A stretch of DNA of 64,000 nt from Psammoneis japonica (Eukaryota), in NCBI GenBank assembly GCA_008632985.1, contig QPGO01000247.1, forward strand, positions 1 to 64,000. The letters are read 5' to 3'. The position numbers and the translations under genes are program-made. The first letter of the stretch is position 1. Every line of letters begins with the position of its first letter. Positions 14,048 to 27,300 of this stretch are shown piece after piece. Below the pieces are notes generated by a model. The model was not told the origin of the DNA. It saw only the letters and a program-made list of their open reading frames with translations, and ran no database searches.

Positions 14048-14734
14048 TCATCGCATGGCGGGCAGAGTCATCTCGAGACAAAGCTCAACATTGCACATCA
14101 ACCAATTAAGTGTCGACTTTTCAGGGCACGCATCCAGGCGGCGCGCATTAGTTCCAGCAATGTAATGAGGGTATGACGCTGTAAAGGCTCCTGCAATCTT
14201 GACAAAGCCACTGTTCACTTCCGTATGATGACGACACTTTCCGCCAGGAAACGTGACAAGAGTGCCCGCCTTGACAGGAATAGGGTTTTCGGTCCCTTCA
14301 ACAATAAAGCTAGCATCAGGATTGGTGTTCAAGAAGATGAAGGCAACGTCTTCTTCAACAGGTCTCACAACCGACCCGTCCTCCCTCATGGCACCGTCAA
14401 CATGCGATTCAGTCGATACGGCCATCGTCTTTATTGTGACATGCCTCCCCACATATTCGTCATTAGTGGTGCCATGGACAACACGATGAAACTTATGGAT
14501 ATGCTCCTTTGATAGGAAAGTAGCGCTATAGTCAGATGTTCCGAAGGACTCTTCCCACGGAGTTGTTGATTTCTGATTTGCAAAGATGGTTTCAATGTCA
14601 TCTGCTGAGAAGAAATTATCATAAACTTGAACACTGCCATGTAAATCAGAGGTGCACGTGGTTGGATTGAAGTCAACAACAACAACCGCGACGACAACCG
14701 CTAAAAGTACGAGGATGACGTGTAAGACCTCCAT
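14048..14734 (-). CDS. Secreted 2OG-Fe(II) oxygenase/cupin-like protein, 228 aa
   Basis: Intact ORF with normal Tyr and TpA; hydrophobic N-terminus; VYDNFFS.DD, HxD (SHVDG), FIFLN, GTLVTFPG..RH; clear paralog at 29647-30426. Confidence 0.8.
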   Translation of the reverse strand: MEVLHVILVLLAVVVAVVVVDFNPTTCTSDLHGSVQVYDNFFSADDIETIFANQKSTTPWEESFGTSDYSATFLSKEHIHKFHRVVHGTTNDEYVGRHVTIKTMAVSTESHVDGAMREDGSVVRPVEEDVAFIFLNTNPDASFIVEGTENPIPVKAGTLVTFPGGKCRHHTEVNSGFVKIAGAFTASYPHYIAGTNARRLDACPEKSTLNWLMCNVELCLEMTLPAMR

Positions 14735-14745
14735 TGTCAATTCAA

Positions 14746-14846
14746 CGCTCATTTTTATTTTTTTTCTGGCGATTTTTCTCACCAGTTATGCACGTCGTGT
14801 GTTTCGCGCGCACATCTATTTCTGCGTGCGATCTTCAAAAAAATTG
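14746..14846. mobile_element. Remnant related to the internal sequence of the GAC-TIR MITE family
   Basis: gtcgtgtgtttcgcgcgcacat..ttctgcgtg...aaaaaattg matches ~20932-20980. Confidence 0.55.
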
Positions 14847-15578
14847 CTTGGCGGGCAACCAACAGAATTTTGAAATGACCCGAAAAGGCATGGTTCAAAT
14901 GGCAATTGGATGTGGTTGCGTTGAGATGCTAAAAATGCCACTCCCAAGGAAGAGTTGAACACTGTGATTGCTCAGCAAGTTGGAAAAAACCCTCAAGGCA
15001 AGTTCCTCAATGAAGGGCACAAAGTGCAAGAGCAAACAATGTGGCTGTGATGCCCTGAGTGAGGAGAGACGATTCCGAGGAATGAGTGGAGTGCACAGAA
15101 GAGTCTCACACGTCATTGGACATCAGGAAGCCTGAAAAAAAGGCCAAAACAACACACACCAGTCCAGCAGTCATTGCCTGTGTGAGTGCTTCTCTGGGAA
15201 AAAAAAATTGTTCCACACACCACTTGGCGGGCAACCAACAGAATTTTGAAATGACCCGAAAAGGCATGGTTCAAATGGCAATTGGATGTGGTTGCGTTGA
15301 GATGCTAAAAATGCCACTCCCAAGGAAGAGTTGAACACTGTGATTGCTCAGCAAGTTGGAAAAAACCCTCAAGGCAAGTTCCTCAATGAAGGGCACAAAG
15401 TGCAAGAGCAAACAATGTGGCTGTGATGCCCTGAGTGAGGAGAGACGATTCCGAGGAATGAGTGGAGTGCACAGAAGAGTCTCACATGTCATTGGACATC
15501 AGGAAGCCTGAAAAAAAGGCCAAAACAACACACACCAGTCCAGCAGTCATTGCCTGTGTGAGTGCTTCTCTGGGAAAA
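14847..15578. repeat. Direct duplication of ~356 bp (period 376 bp), near-identical
   Basis: 14847-15202 and 15223-15578. Confidence 0.95.
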
Positions 15579-15899
15579 GAGAAAAACAGACCATTGCATG
15601 TGCTCCACTCGACAGCAGAAACATCGTCAACCACAAGCAATTTTGCGCGAATTCATGCAGAAATTGAGAATGAAAGAATCCGCCACCAAAACTTGGAAAA
15701 CCAAGAGTGGAATCTTCATGACCAACAGCTGCTGTGCATGGCAGCTCTCATCACCTGAATTTGAAAAACACAAAAAGATTGAGAAGACAGCACATGTGAG
15801 CAACAGCACTGCTTCTTCAAGTTGCCATGACATGACCATGGGACACAACCCAATGAGCAGTCTTGGAGTCACGCCAGACTTTGCAAGTTGAGAAATCAA

Positions 15900-18430
15900 A
15901 TGAGAAGATGCTGCTGCACACCCATGAAGAATGCAGATGCACTCTTCAATGCCAAGGTGTTTGCGCCAATGGTCAATCAAATTGAGAAATCTCATGCCAT
16001 GAACAGCCTCAATGACAGGATGAACAAAATCCTTGACTCCAACTGTCATGCTGCTAACCTCAATGATGTGAAAGCTGCGCCAACTCATCCAAGCACAGCC
16101 AGATGAGAAGAAGCAAATGAACTTCCTCCCAAAAAGGTTTGAACCTCTTTTTGATGGTTCTCCAGGCAGGTGGACTGGAAAACCAGTTGATCTCATGGCA
16201 AAATCTGGCACCAAACCATGTCATGCAAAACCTTTTCCCATTCTGCAAGCCTTGGAGGCAACCATTTGAAAGGAAGTGGAAAGGCTGTGTGAGCCAAGGG
16301 TTTTAAGAAAACCAAGCCACTCTGAATGTGCAGCTCCAACCTTTGTTCAACCACAGAAAAACAGCAGAGTTTGGTTCCTGCCCAGATTCCATGAGCTGGA
16401 CATGAGATTGACATGCACTCCATGTCCTCCACCAAACATTCAAGACATGATGCTGCAGAAACTGGGAGGTTTCATGCATGCAACCTCACTTGAATTGAAT
16501 GTGGGGTGCTGTCATGTGTTGAGTTGACACCACATGCACGTTGCTTGCACTTGGCTGTGATGCCACAGGGCAACAAGTGTGAATGCTGCAGACTCAATGT
16601 CTCAATGTGGGAATTTGTAGAGCCCCAAACATTTTTCAAGAACACACAAGCAAGCTCATGGCAGGTCCAGAGTTCATCGGGATGTGTGTTGATGACATGC
16701 TGTGCCTTGCCAAGGGAGACTTCCAAGATCATCTGAAAAAGCTCGAGAGAGCAGCATTCTTGTGGCTTGAACAAGCCAGATTGAAGGTCAATGCCAAAAA
16801 ATCCTTTTTTGCCAAGCTTGAAGCAGACTGCTTGTGCTTTCATGTCACCCAAAATGGCATCAAACCAATGCCCAAGAAAGTGAAGGTGATTCAAGCAATT
16901 GCAATCCCCACAACTTGCAAGGAATTGCAAAGTTTCATTGGCACAATCAACCAGCATCAAGACATGTGGCTTCAATGGTCTCATGTGCTTGGTGCTCTCA
17001 GCCAGACTCACCTCATCTAAAGTCAAGTGGCAATGGACAAGCACAGAACAAAAAGCCTTCAAAAATGTGAAGTGAGCTGCACAAAAAAATGTGCTGTCAT
17101 CCTGCCCAAATTTTGACAAACCCTTTGAGGCAAGTGCTGACATGAGTGAGTCTCATTTGGGTGCAGTCACAACACAAAATAACTGCCCCATTGCCTTCTG
17201 CAGCTGCAAGTTAAATGGAGCACAGATGAGCTGCACCACAGTGAAAAAAGAACTTCCATCTGTTCCAGAAACTCTCAAAGAATCCCGGACTGCACTGCAT
17301 GGCCAACAGACAAACACACACACGGATCACAAAAATCTTGCTCACACGAGAATTTCACAATGGACAGAAGAGTCATGCATTGGTGTCTGATGATGGAAGA
17401 GTGCTGCTCCAAAATGTTGCACCTTGAGGGCAAGGCCAATGTCATCACAGGTGCAATTGGCTGGCTCAGTGTAAAAAAAATGAACCAACGGAAAACCTCA
17501 GCATGGAAGATCCAGCTGAGAAAGTCACACCCAAATCCTGTGACAATGTCTTTCCATCAACACACAAAGATCTTGACACTGAACAAAAGCAGGACAAACC
17601 AGACATTCTCTCCAAATTGCCAGATGGGGCACATCATGCAAAAACTTTTAATGGGAGTGAGCAAGGCCGGTTGCTCACATTTCACAAGGACAAAATTGTC
17701 ACACCAATGACATTGCAAAAAGCGGCAAAAGACTGACATCACATGCACCTTCTGCACCCTGGCACAAACAGAGCTGAAGAGACAATTTCACAACACCTGC
17801 GGCAGTCTGTCTTGCATGAAGATGTGACAAAGTGCATGTCAAAATGTGAGACATGCCAAAAATTAAGAAAAGACAAAAGAAATGTGGGCACCCCCCCCAA
17901 GTGCACCGAATCAGTGCCATGGGGACAGCCATGTGCGGATCTCATGGGACCATGCAAGATGCATCACAAGGGAAAAAAGAAACCCCTGGTCCTGAAATGT
18001 TCAAGAATGATTGACCCAGCAACAAGATGGTTTGGTTTGAAGTTGAGGAAATTCCAAAGAAGGAATCCACAACTGTCCCTGGACCATTAGAGTGAACGTG
18101 GCTGAGCAGATGTCCTTGGTTGTCATTGCTTGCTTGTGACCATGGAATTGAGCTCATCAGACACCTGTTTAGAGCTGTGGTTGAAGACAGCAGTGGCGCC
18201 AAATGCAAGCCCACAACTGCCCAAAATCCACAAGCAAATGCCACAACTGAGCGTGCACATCAGGTGCTGGGCACGTGCCATGTGCACTTGATTTGCAAAA
18301 TGCACCCCTGGATGCAGAGGATCCTTTCACTGCATTGTCATCATCAGCAGCCTCTGCTGCACATTTGACATGTCACACCACTGTGCAAGCTGCACCCAGA
18401 CAATTGGTCCTCAACAGAGACATGACATTT
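15900..18430 (+). mobile_element. Decayed Ty3/Gypsy pol (RT, RNase H, integrase)
   Basis: SECAAPTF..P.KN, GFMHATSLELNVGCCH, CVDDML, PNFDKPF...D.S...LGAV..Q...PIAFCSCKL..AQ..CTT..KEL, HTDHKNL, HLLHPG, CETCQK, IDPATRW, NPQANA..ERAHQ; domain order RT-RH-IN. Confidence 0.92.
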
Positions 18431-20865
18431 GAGGATGGATCTGCATGCTGTGGCACAATTCAAAACAGCTTGCATTTCCCACACTTCACCGTGTCACTTT
18501 GACCTGCCTTGGAGCAACCCCAAGCACTTGTGTGTTCATCAAGTCCTTCTCACAGCAGTTGCAAGGGTGTGAAAGCTGTGCACTCAAAGCTTCAAATGCC
18601 ACTTGTTGGCCTGTGCCCTGTTGCCAGGTTGAAAAAAGAGACAAGCTGCAACTTTCTGGGAACATCTGATGAGTGGCATTTGACTGGCCACAGACATGTC
18701 TGCAGTCAACAAGGTGAAAGTTGCGCATGCTCAAAACCCAAAGGGGGTCAGCTCCTTCCACAGGAGTTGGAGCAAAAAGTCAATCTGGAGAGTCATGCCA
18801 TCAGCCTCGGCAGCAATGATGTCAGCCACAGCAGGAGCAACCGGAGGCAATGAAGGTGGGAGAGGCCCAAACATGGCGCACACAGCACTGAGTGCAGCAA
18901 GGACCAGTGACTGAGCAGTTGGTTCTTGGGGCAGATTGTTTGTTGGAGGATCCTGAGCAGATGGCTGGGGAGAACAACAGTTTTAATTGTCTGGATCTGA
19001 GCCAACAACCAGCCCTTCACTGCCTGCTCCTTGGAGTGGGTCACAGGGGCCATGGTGACAACACAAGTTGCATCAATGAATGAAAATGCAGTGTGTCAAC
19101 ATGAAGGGCAATGTGAGTTGGAGTTTTGGTGGCACAAAGTGCGCACGAGTCTGCCGTGTGTGGAAACTGCGTGTTGCACAGGCTGTCCAACAAAAACAGA
19201 GAAACACAGCAATGCCTGCATTGTCAACATGGACAAGGGGTTCAACAAATCAAGCTTGTTGCACATCAAAAACAACAACAAGGTGGTTGAGAAGAAGAGG
19301 CAACAGCAATTTCAATGATTTGGTTGCAGTCAGAGGGGCCTTGCTTCTTGCCAGGAAGTGCTGCTCACAACCTGATGATGATCCCTGCATCTGCGCAGGA
19401 ATGATGCCACATCACCAAGAAAGCCATTGTCTGTGCATTTTGTGATGTCTCAGGAGCAGACAAAGTTCAACCTGTTGCCAAAATTTTGCTTTTTGGTGGG
19501 TGAACGCACACATTTTGCATGACAAATCTGGGTCATTTTCATAAAAATTACAAGCTCCCAAAAAAAGACCTCAGCAGGTGGAACCATCGTCAATGTCCCA
19601 ACATGTCACAGATTGGAAGCTCATTCAGAGATGAAAACAAGAAAGAAAATGAATGAAAATGACACTTGAGAAAACACTTGACACATGCTCCATGCACATG
19701 CCACATGGGAGAGAAAATGTTGCTTGAGAAAGACTCTCAAAAAATGGAACAGCCCTGTGCCAGGCCTCGCATGATGACAATGGCACACGCCAGCGACACA
19801 GTGCAGATCAGACATGGAGATGTCATTGACACTGTTGACATTTGTTGGACAACTCCATTTGATGAATGACTCCAATGTGCAATCAGGGAGGCAAGTGCAG
19901 CATGTGTTGTCTCACACACATGTTTGCACCAATTGTGTGCTCCTGTCATGTGTGTCAATTGCACCACAGTCATGAACACACACAAAGAACAGATTGATCA
20001 CACAGAGTTGATCAGATGTTGAGAATTGCAAGCACAATCAATCAACAATGACAACACATGAGATGTGTTGGTGTCAATCATGCATGGACAATCTGTTGTC
20101 ATGATCAGAATCTCTGGAAGGCCTTCAGTCTGCAGAAGCAGCACTGAAGCTTTGGACCATTGAGAACCCCTTTGGAGAATCCCAAAATTGCAGAGTAAAA
20201 TCCAATCTCACAACTTCTGCTTTTTTGTTTGTTCTGCTTTCATTTGCATGTGAGACCATGAGACTGACACTCAACAGCAAGGACAATGCACAAACAAACA
20301 TTTCAAATGCATGACAACAGCCAACAATCATTCCACAAAAGTTGTTCCAGGTCATTTTGTGGAGTTCCAAGTCCAGCTCTTGTGTGCTGTCATTGTGAAG
20401 CAGCTCTTCTGTGCCCAGCCACAAGGATGAGATGTTGGGCTGCAAGATTGATGCTCAACAGCAAGGGTGCATGAACAACAATTCAAGTGCAGGACAATGG
20501 CCCACAGTTGTTCCACAAAAGTCACCCCAGCTTGTTTTGTCAAGTTCCAAGTCCAGCTCTTGTGTGCTGTCCACATGGAGTGGCTTCTGCTGAGTTCCTG
20601 GAATGATTGGCAGCACTGGTCACTGAGGACACCCCCACAGTCCACAACTCAATCCAACTCACTCATGAAGCATCAACACCTAGAATGTGACAAAACAAAT
20701 GATGGGGAGCAACACAAGGGCAGACAACAACACTTAAGACCATCAAAAACATGACACTGCACCGTGAAAAGTGCAAGTGCAACTCAACACACTGAGTTTT
20801 CTTGCCACAACAACAAAATGTGCACATGTCAGTTGTGGGGTGGGGACATGCAGTTGGTGGCACGC

Positions 20866-21263
20866 GACGCGTTCCAGCTCCAGGTGGGACCTCGCACTGC
20901 TGAACTGTGACATGGTTGTTTTTTGTCATCTGTCGTGTGTTTCGCACGCACATTTCTGCGTGTTCTGTTGTAAAAAATTGTTCCACACTGCCTGTTTTGC
21001 AAAGCCAAAGGCTTTCTGTTGTCCCCACATTTGTGACAACAAAAATGTGCTGGGCATGTTCTCCAATGTCTGAAGAACACACCCGGGCATGCTGTGAAGA
21101 GTGCACTTCAAGTGTGGAGGAGGAGACATGTTCGCAAAATTGCCTCTTTTTCTGTTGGCGATCATTCACATGTGCATTGCTCAATGATTTTACTGCAGAG
21201 CTCGCACGCAGAATTCTGCGGGCCCAATGTCACAAAAAGTCCCACCCAGGACCGGAGCCCGTC
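20866..21263 (-). mobile_element. MITE copy A (398 bp), TIR GAC(G/A)nGTTCCAGnnnnAGGTGGGAC, 4-bp TSD acgc/atgc
   Basis: Terminal inverted repeats; TSD with one CpG transition; full-length inverted similarity to copy B. Confidence 0.9.
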
Positions 21264-21640
21264 ATGCAGCAAATCATCTTTGAAATGAGCACTGCAGAGA
21301 CAAGCGCCATTTTTGCCATTGCTGATTTTTGAATTTGTGCTCTCATCATTGGAAATGCACCAAAAGCTGTGCAGCATGGAGCGATTGTGATTGACACTGA
21401 GTGGATGGGCCGCTCTGGCAAAATCCCCAGAAAGTGCAAATGAGTGTGGCACACACGCATCTGTGTGGCTTTCTGCAGGGTGTGAGACTGCCCACCAGAA
21501 AAAAATTGGAGTGTTCTTGCCCACTCTCCATCATGAGTCCACCTCATGGACTCTCAGAGAATTCAGACAGACTGTGCACCAGGATTGCATGAAGGAAATG
21601 TGCTTTGGCACTCTTGCGGATTTTGAGAATCCGGCATGTT

Positions 21641-22043
21641 GACAGGTTCCAGCCCCAGGTGGGACTTTTTGTGACATTGGGCTTGCAGAATTCTGCGTGC
21701 GAGCTCTGCAGTAAAATTGCAAAGCAATGGACATGTCAATGATCGCCAACAGAAAAAGAGGCAATTTTGCGAATGTGTCTCCTCCTCCACACTTGAAGTG
21801 CATTCTTTGCAGCATGTCCGGGTGTGTTCTTCAGACATTGCAGAACACACCCAGTGCATTTTTGTTGCCACAAACGCAGATGACAGAAAGCCTTTGGCTT
21901 TGCAAAACAGGCAGTGTGGAACAATTTTTTATGACAGAACATGCAGAAATGTGCGTGCAAAACATGCAGCGGATGACAAAAAAACAACTGTGTCACAGTT
22001 CAGTGGTGCGAGGTCCCACCTGCCGGTGGAGCTGGAACGCGTC
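21641..22043 (+). mobile_element. MITE copy B (403 bp), 4-bp TSD tgtt
   Basis: TIRs; perfect TSD at 21637-21640 and 22044-22047. Confidence 0.92.
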
Positions 22044-23107
22044 TGTTTCTGCCTTTGCAAAAAGCATTTCTGTGCAGACTTCTGCACAAAATGTGCCAGA
22101 GTGCACCGGAACACACCATCTCTCTGCATTCTCTGAGAGTCCATGACATGACCGTGTGGGGTGTGTGAAGTGCGCACCACATGTTGGTTGATGCACAGAC
22201 TCCTCACGATGGAGAGCGGTTCACTCCATTCTTGCCAGCCTGTGCACAGGCTCATCTTTTCCAGGTTTTTTGAACTGCACCACCATGCAAATTTGTTGGT
22301 GCCACCTGATGTCACCTCAATTGCAAGTCATCATGAGAACCCACAGAAAGCCAAGGGATCAACAAAGTCTGGGAGCAGCGCAAAGTTGGACAGACTGCAG
22401 ATCATTGTGTGGCATTTTGTGTTTGGGTGGTCACCACAAACACACACACAAATCTTGCTGGGACACACACTTCACACAGTTGCATGACTCCATGCATTGC
22501 TGTTCATTTCAAAGAACAAGGGCTGCAGAGTCAAAGCACACAGGTGGCATGTCAACAACAGGATGCATGTCAACAACGACAATTTTAACGGCACAACAGT
22601 GGCTGCACAAGAAGGAAAGATTGGGCTTGGAGTTGCCAGCACATCTGTTGGATTGCAGGATGCATGCACTGCTTCACTCCATCAACACCTTGCAGGAAGC
22701 CAGTTGGTTGCTTCCTTGGCATGCCACGTGGGCTTCTGACAAAGGCAACTCACCGGGAAAGGACAGATTTTTCACATCCATTCTGTTCTCAAAGCACCCT
22801 CTCAAACTTTGCTGTGACAACACACTGCATGCACTTGCCACCAGACCAGCCATGGCCCTGCTGATTGCTGCTGGCAGCATCTTCTGTGGAAACAACTCAC
22901 AATGTTTTCTTGCTTGCAGGTGCTGGTGTGTGTTTTCCATCAACAGAGCTTTCCTTTTTCTTGCCTCCATGTCTTCTGGTTTGGCCAAATGAGCTTCAAT
23001 GTGGCCAAGGTTTTCTCATGGAATTTCTTGTTGGCAAAACATGATGCTGGAAGAATGCCAGAGGCAATGTCTTCAATGAACCACCCCACATGCTGTTTGT
23101 TGGCCAG

Positions 23108-24310
23108 GGACACACGGCATTTTGTCGCCAATTGCGACATTCCCATAAATGAATTGGACGATTTGTCGTGAATGATGCCCTTTGAGACAAAATTTCAATC
23201 GTTGGCGACAAATGAGACAAAATCATCATTTAATTGGCGATGGCGTGTCCTAAACACAAACGTTGTGTCAACTGCAGTGCTTGATGATGAATTTAACTTT
23301 CGGCGAAGACTGCACTTAACAATTGGTGTTTTGGCGATTTTGTCGCACGTACGACAAATTTTGTCGGATGCGACAAATTTTGTCGGACGTACGACAAATT
23401 TTGTCGTATCCGACAAACCCCGACAAACCCCGACAAACCCTGACAAACGCCGACAACGTACAACAAACGCCGACAAGAGCCGACAAGAGCCGACAAACGC
23501 CGACAGACGGACGTTTGCGACACTGTCTCCACGAGATTCGCCTGCCGCTCGCCAGACTGGCAGAGAGCTGCCGGTGGGCCCTAGCCACCTGCTGACAAAA
23601 GGTGCAGCACAGCAATGCATGCCGGTGCACTCCGTTCCACCATGTAGAAGCGTGCGACATTGTCCCGGCATTGACGAGAGTGTGACATTCGGGGACATGG
23701 AGCGATGATGCAAAATTTCGAAATCAAAAAATTGGAGACCACCGAGAGCGGCATGATCGTCGCTTTGCATCATCGTGCAAAAGAGACACAGTGTCAACGG
23801 AGACATCAGCGGTTGGCGTGTGCGGCGGGGGGTGTGGGTGTTTCGTTCGTGAGTCGTCGTGTCATGACGTGTCGTGACGTGACGTGTCGTGACGTGTCGT
23901 GTCGTGTCGTGTCGTGTCTTGTCGTGTCGTGTCGTGTCGTGTCTTGTCATGTCGTGTCGTGTCTTGTCGTGTCTTGTCGGATGCCGACAAATTTTGTCGG
24001 ACGTCCGACAAACCGACAAAATTTGTCTCGTGCGACAAATTTTGTCGCATCCGACAAATTTTGTCGGATGAAATTTCGTCGATGACATCGATCGCCAAAT
24101 TCTGTTAATTGCCCCACTCATTGAAACGACATCGCCAAAGTGCAGGTTGGTTGTTGATGACATGGGTCATTTTGTGACTCAGTTGAACAATGTTTCTGTC
24201 CCATTTATCGCCAACCCAGACATTTTGTCGCAATTCGCGTCTTTTCGCGACAAATCATCAATTCATTTTTTAAGAAAATGTCGCCAAATGCGACAAAATG
24301 CCGTGTGTCC
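23108..24310. mobile_element. Non-autonomous TIR element, PIF/Harbinger-like, with internal palindrome arrays
   Basis: Perfect TIR GGACACACGGCATTTTGTCGC at both ends; flanking 3-bp CAG duplication; many subterminal CGACAAA/TTTGTCG motifs. Confidence 0.85.
23853..23978. repeat. (GTCGT)n pentanucleotide microsatellite with variants
   Basis: Seen directly in the sequence. Confidence 0.95.
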
Positions 24311-27300
24311 CAGAGCAGATGTGTTGTTGTTGCATTCTGTGACTCAAAAATGTGCGCAGCTCAAAGCACACAATGACCTTGTTTCAAAGCAATGTCTGTG
24401 CTTGCTGCTTCCAAAAGCATGGGAGATGTCATCTTCTCTCAGTTGCTTCCTCATGCCACCTCACACAAGCAGCAACATCTGGAGCTCACTTGCTCTGTGC
24501 CACTTGTGGGTGATTTTTATGGCTTGCACAGCATGGAGGCAATGCATGGCTGTGCATGGCACAGCTTTGGCAGGGTCAGTCTTTTTTGGCATTTTCTTGA
24601 ATGTGCACTACGTTGATTGTTTTGTTGGGAAACATTGATTTGTGATGTGCATCTGAGAGATGTTTGAAATGTTCTGCACACAATTGCACTGGGTTTCTGT
24701 GAGGGGAAATCATTGCTGACATGAAGCAAAACATCAAAAAATCCTCAAGCTCCATGGTGCTCTTTGGGTGCCATTGTTGCAAAATCTAACAGGGAGGGCA
24801 TGACCCAGTCTCATGGCCACATGAGAGCAAGAATGCCTGACAAGTGAAAATGTGCTTGAGACTGGGTCATGCTCCCCATCAGATTTTGAGATGATGGTGT
24901 CCAAAAAGCACCATGGTGCCCTGCACTTCACCATGTTGTTTCATCATCAAAAGGACAGATTTCAGACCATTTTTGCCCACAAATCATCAATCCTGACTCA
25001 GAACTCCATTGGTGGCAGGCAAGAACCCGAAAGTTTTCCTTTCAACCAAGCAAATGTGCCAACAGTCTGTTTGTCTTCTGTTTGCTGTGCTCCTTGACTT
25101 CAGTGCACAATCCCTTGAGAAAACACTCTGTCTTGCAGCTGCAGGAGCAAGACACAACCTGATGTGTCTGCAAGACAATTGATTCCCTCTGGTGCAAATT
25201 CCGCACATTTTTTTGATGCATCCCAACACTTTCCAATGGAATCAGAGCTCTTCAAAAAGAAGCAAAATGTGGTTGACCACACCCCTGCAACAAAAAACAC
25301 GTCGACTCATCACCATCACGATGAGCATCACAATCAAGTCACAGCATCCATGCACCACATCATCTTCATGTCTGGCAGATGCCCACAGCAGCATCACAAG
25401 TTTGCATGGGCATTGGATGAGTTGAGAAAGAGGGGGAAGATCTGGTGGGTCTGGCACAAATGGAGCAGGAAACTGGACCCAGGGCAGCATCATTTCTGTG
25501 TCTGGACTGGCTCCATTCACGACTCTTGTTGGGCAACAACCAACTCTAATGGAAATTGCAAATCTGGCCGTTGATCTCACAGAGGATGAAAAGGTTGACC
25601 TTGTTGACAAGCAGAAGGGAATCACCAAAAAGCCAAGGCTTCCAGACCTGCTGCAGGCTAAAAACAAGAGCTTGTTGCTCAATTTGCTGTCCATCATTCA
25701 AACTTGGAAAGCAAACCAGCACATCAAGAACATTTTTGAAAGATGCAACCACTGAGTCAGTCTGGCAGCAAGCTCTGGACGAGTTCCGTGATGGCCCCAA
25801 TGCACCTGCTTGTGGCCATTTCAAACCATTGCTCTGGCAAACTCAAAAAATGGGGTGCAAATTGATGAGTGCTTGCCGGCATTGCCAACCTGCTCTGGAT
25901 CCAAAAAAAAACACCTGCTTCCCTGATTGACAATGTCAACTCTGGATGCAATTGAAAGCAGAGTGAGAACCACAGACCATTGAACAACTGGCCAAACAGA
26001 GTGCATCCAGAACATCTCTGCTCTCCTTGGCACTGATGCTCCTTGCATGTTGAGAGACCAACCCCTCATGTTTCTGTCGGCAAGCCACTCTGGCAATTTG
26101 TGGCAGTGTCCATGGTGAAAAAGCCTTGGTTGTCTTGGCATGACACAGATCACAAGTGCAACAATGACGCAAAAGTGTTTCTTGCCTTGGAGGATGAGAA
26201 ACCTCAACCCCGCCATTGTCAAAGCATCAAAGCTGCACCTCTGTGCAGATTGAGCAGATTGGCCTGTTCACAGCAGGAAAGTTGTGATTGAGAGTCAAGT
26301 GTTGAAACACAATTGAGAAGTGCACAGAGCTTCTGTATGACAACCGCCACATGTGCTTTCGCACACATCCCCTGTTTGGAGAGAGCCCCATGCACAAAGT
26401 GCATGAAAGTGCACATGGACTGTCTCATGCAGAGGCCCACAGTTGAGCGTGGTGTAAAGCAGCAGGTGAAGCACAAAAATGAAGGGGGCCAATGGTGCAG
26501 ACAGGTGAAGAGGAGGATGGTGGCTTGTTGGGCCAAAAGGGCTGGATGGGTTGAGAGATGGTTGGAGAGCCCAAGGCTCAATGTGCACACCTGTTCAGCC
26601 AGGGGGCAGCACAGACAGAATCCATTCATGCAAGAAAAGAAGCGAGCAAGAATGACCAAAATCCAAGCTTTGGATGTCAGAAGGTCACATCATTTGAGCC
26701 ATGACTGGTGGTTTTGGGTGCAGTTGAACTCAAGTTGTCATCTGTGATGCTCGGTCATTCTGGGCCGTCCCTGTGGAGAGCATCAGAGAGGCAAGAAAAA
26801 GGGTGCAATGCACGTGTGCTCATTGGCAGCTGACCTTTTCTGTTTGTTTGTGACATTTTCATTTGGCGCTCATGCAGTTGTTGCCCCATGACCAAATCAT
26901 TTTGTGTTTTGAATCTTGGCTCAAGTGCGACAATGGCTGCAACTGTCTGGCACCGTCTTTGTTCAAATCTGTGCAAAGTCATTTGATTGTTGCCACACAC
27001 ATTTCCACTCCATGATTTTTCCAAAATGTCAATGAAAAATTTTCATTTGATGTTTTCACATTGGATGTTGACATGCTGAGTTGTCAGGGCAATGTCCAAA
27101 GCAAGGCAACCTTAAATGCCCACTTGGTCCATTGTGTGAAGTGACTTGCACTGCAATTTGTTTGGCTCTCTGTGACACTTCTGCATGAATTTTCCAGTGG
27201 TCAACTTAATCAGGCTTTGGCAAAGTCCCAGTGATGTTGAGAGAGAGCAAGTTCCTGTGAATCCTCTTGGTCCGTTGCATGAAGCAACTTCCATCAAAAT

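Noticed and set aside
20866..22043. A single 1.2-kb element with 400-bp TIRs
   Set aside because: Each arm has its own TIRs and its own distinct TSD, so these are two insertions
23335..24100. CRISPR-like array of palindromic repeats
   Set aside because: Linkers are only 3-6 nt and not unique, there are no cas genes, the context is eukaryotic, and the array lies inside a TIR element
23195..24163. 322-aa ORF with TRHD repeats
   Set aside because: It is the translation of the microsatellite and palindrome arrays
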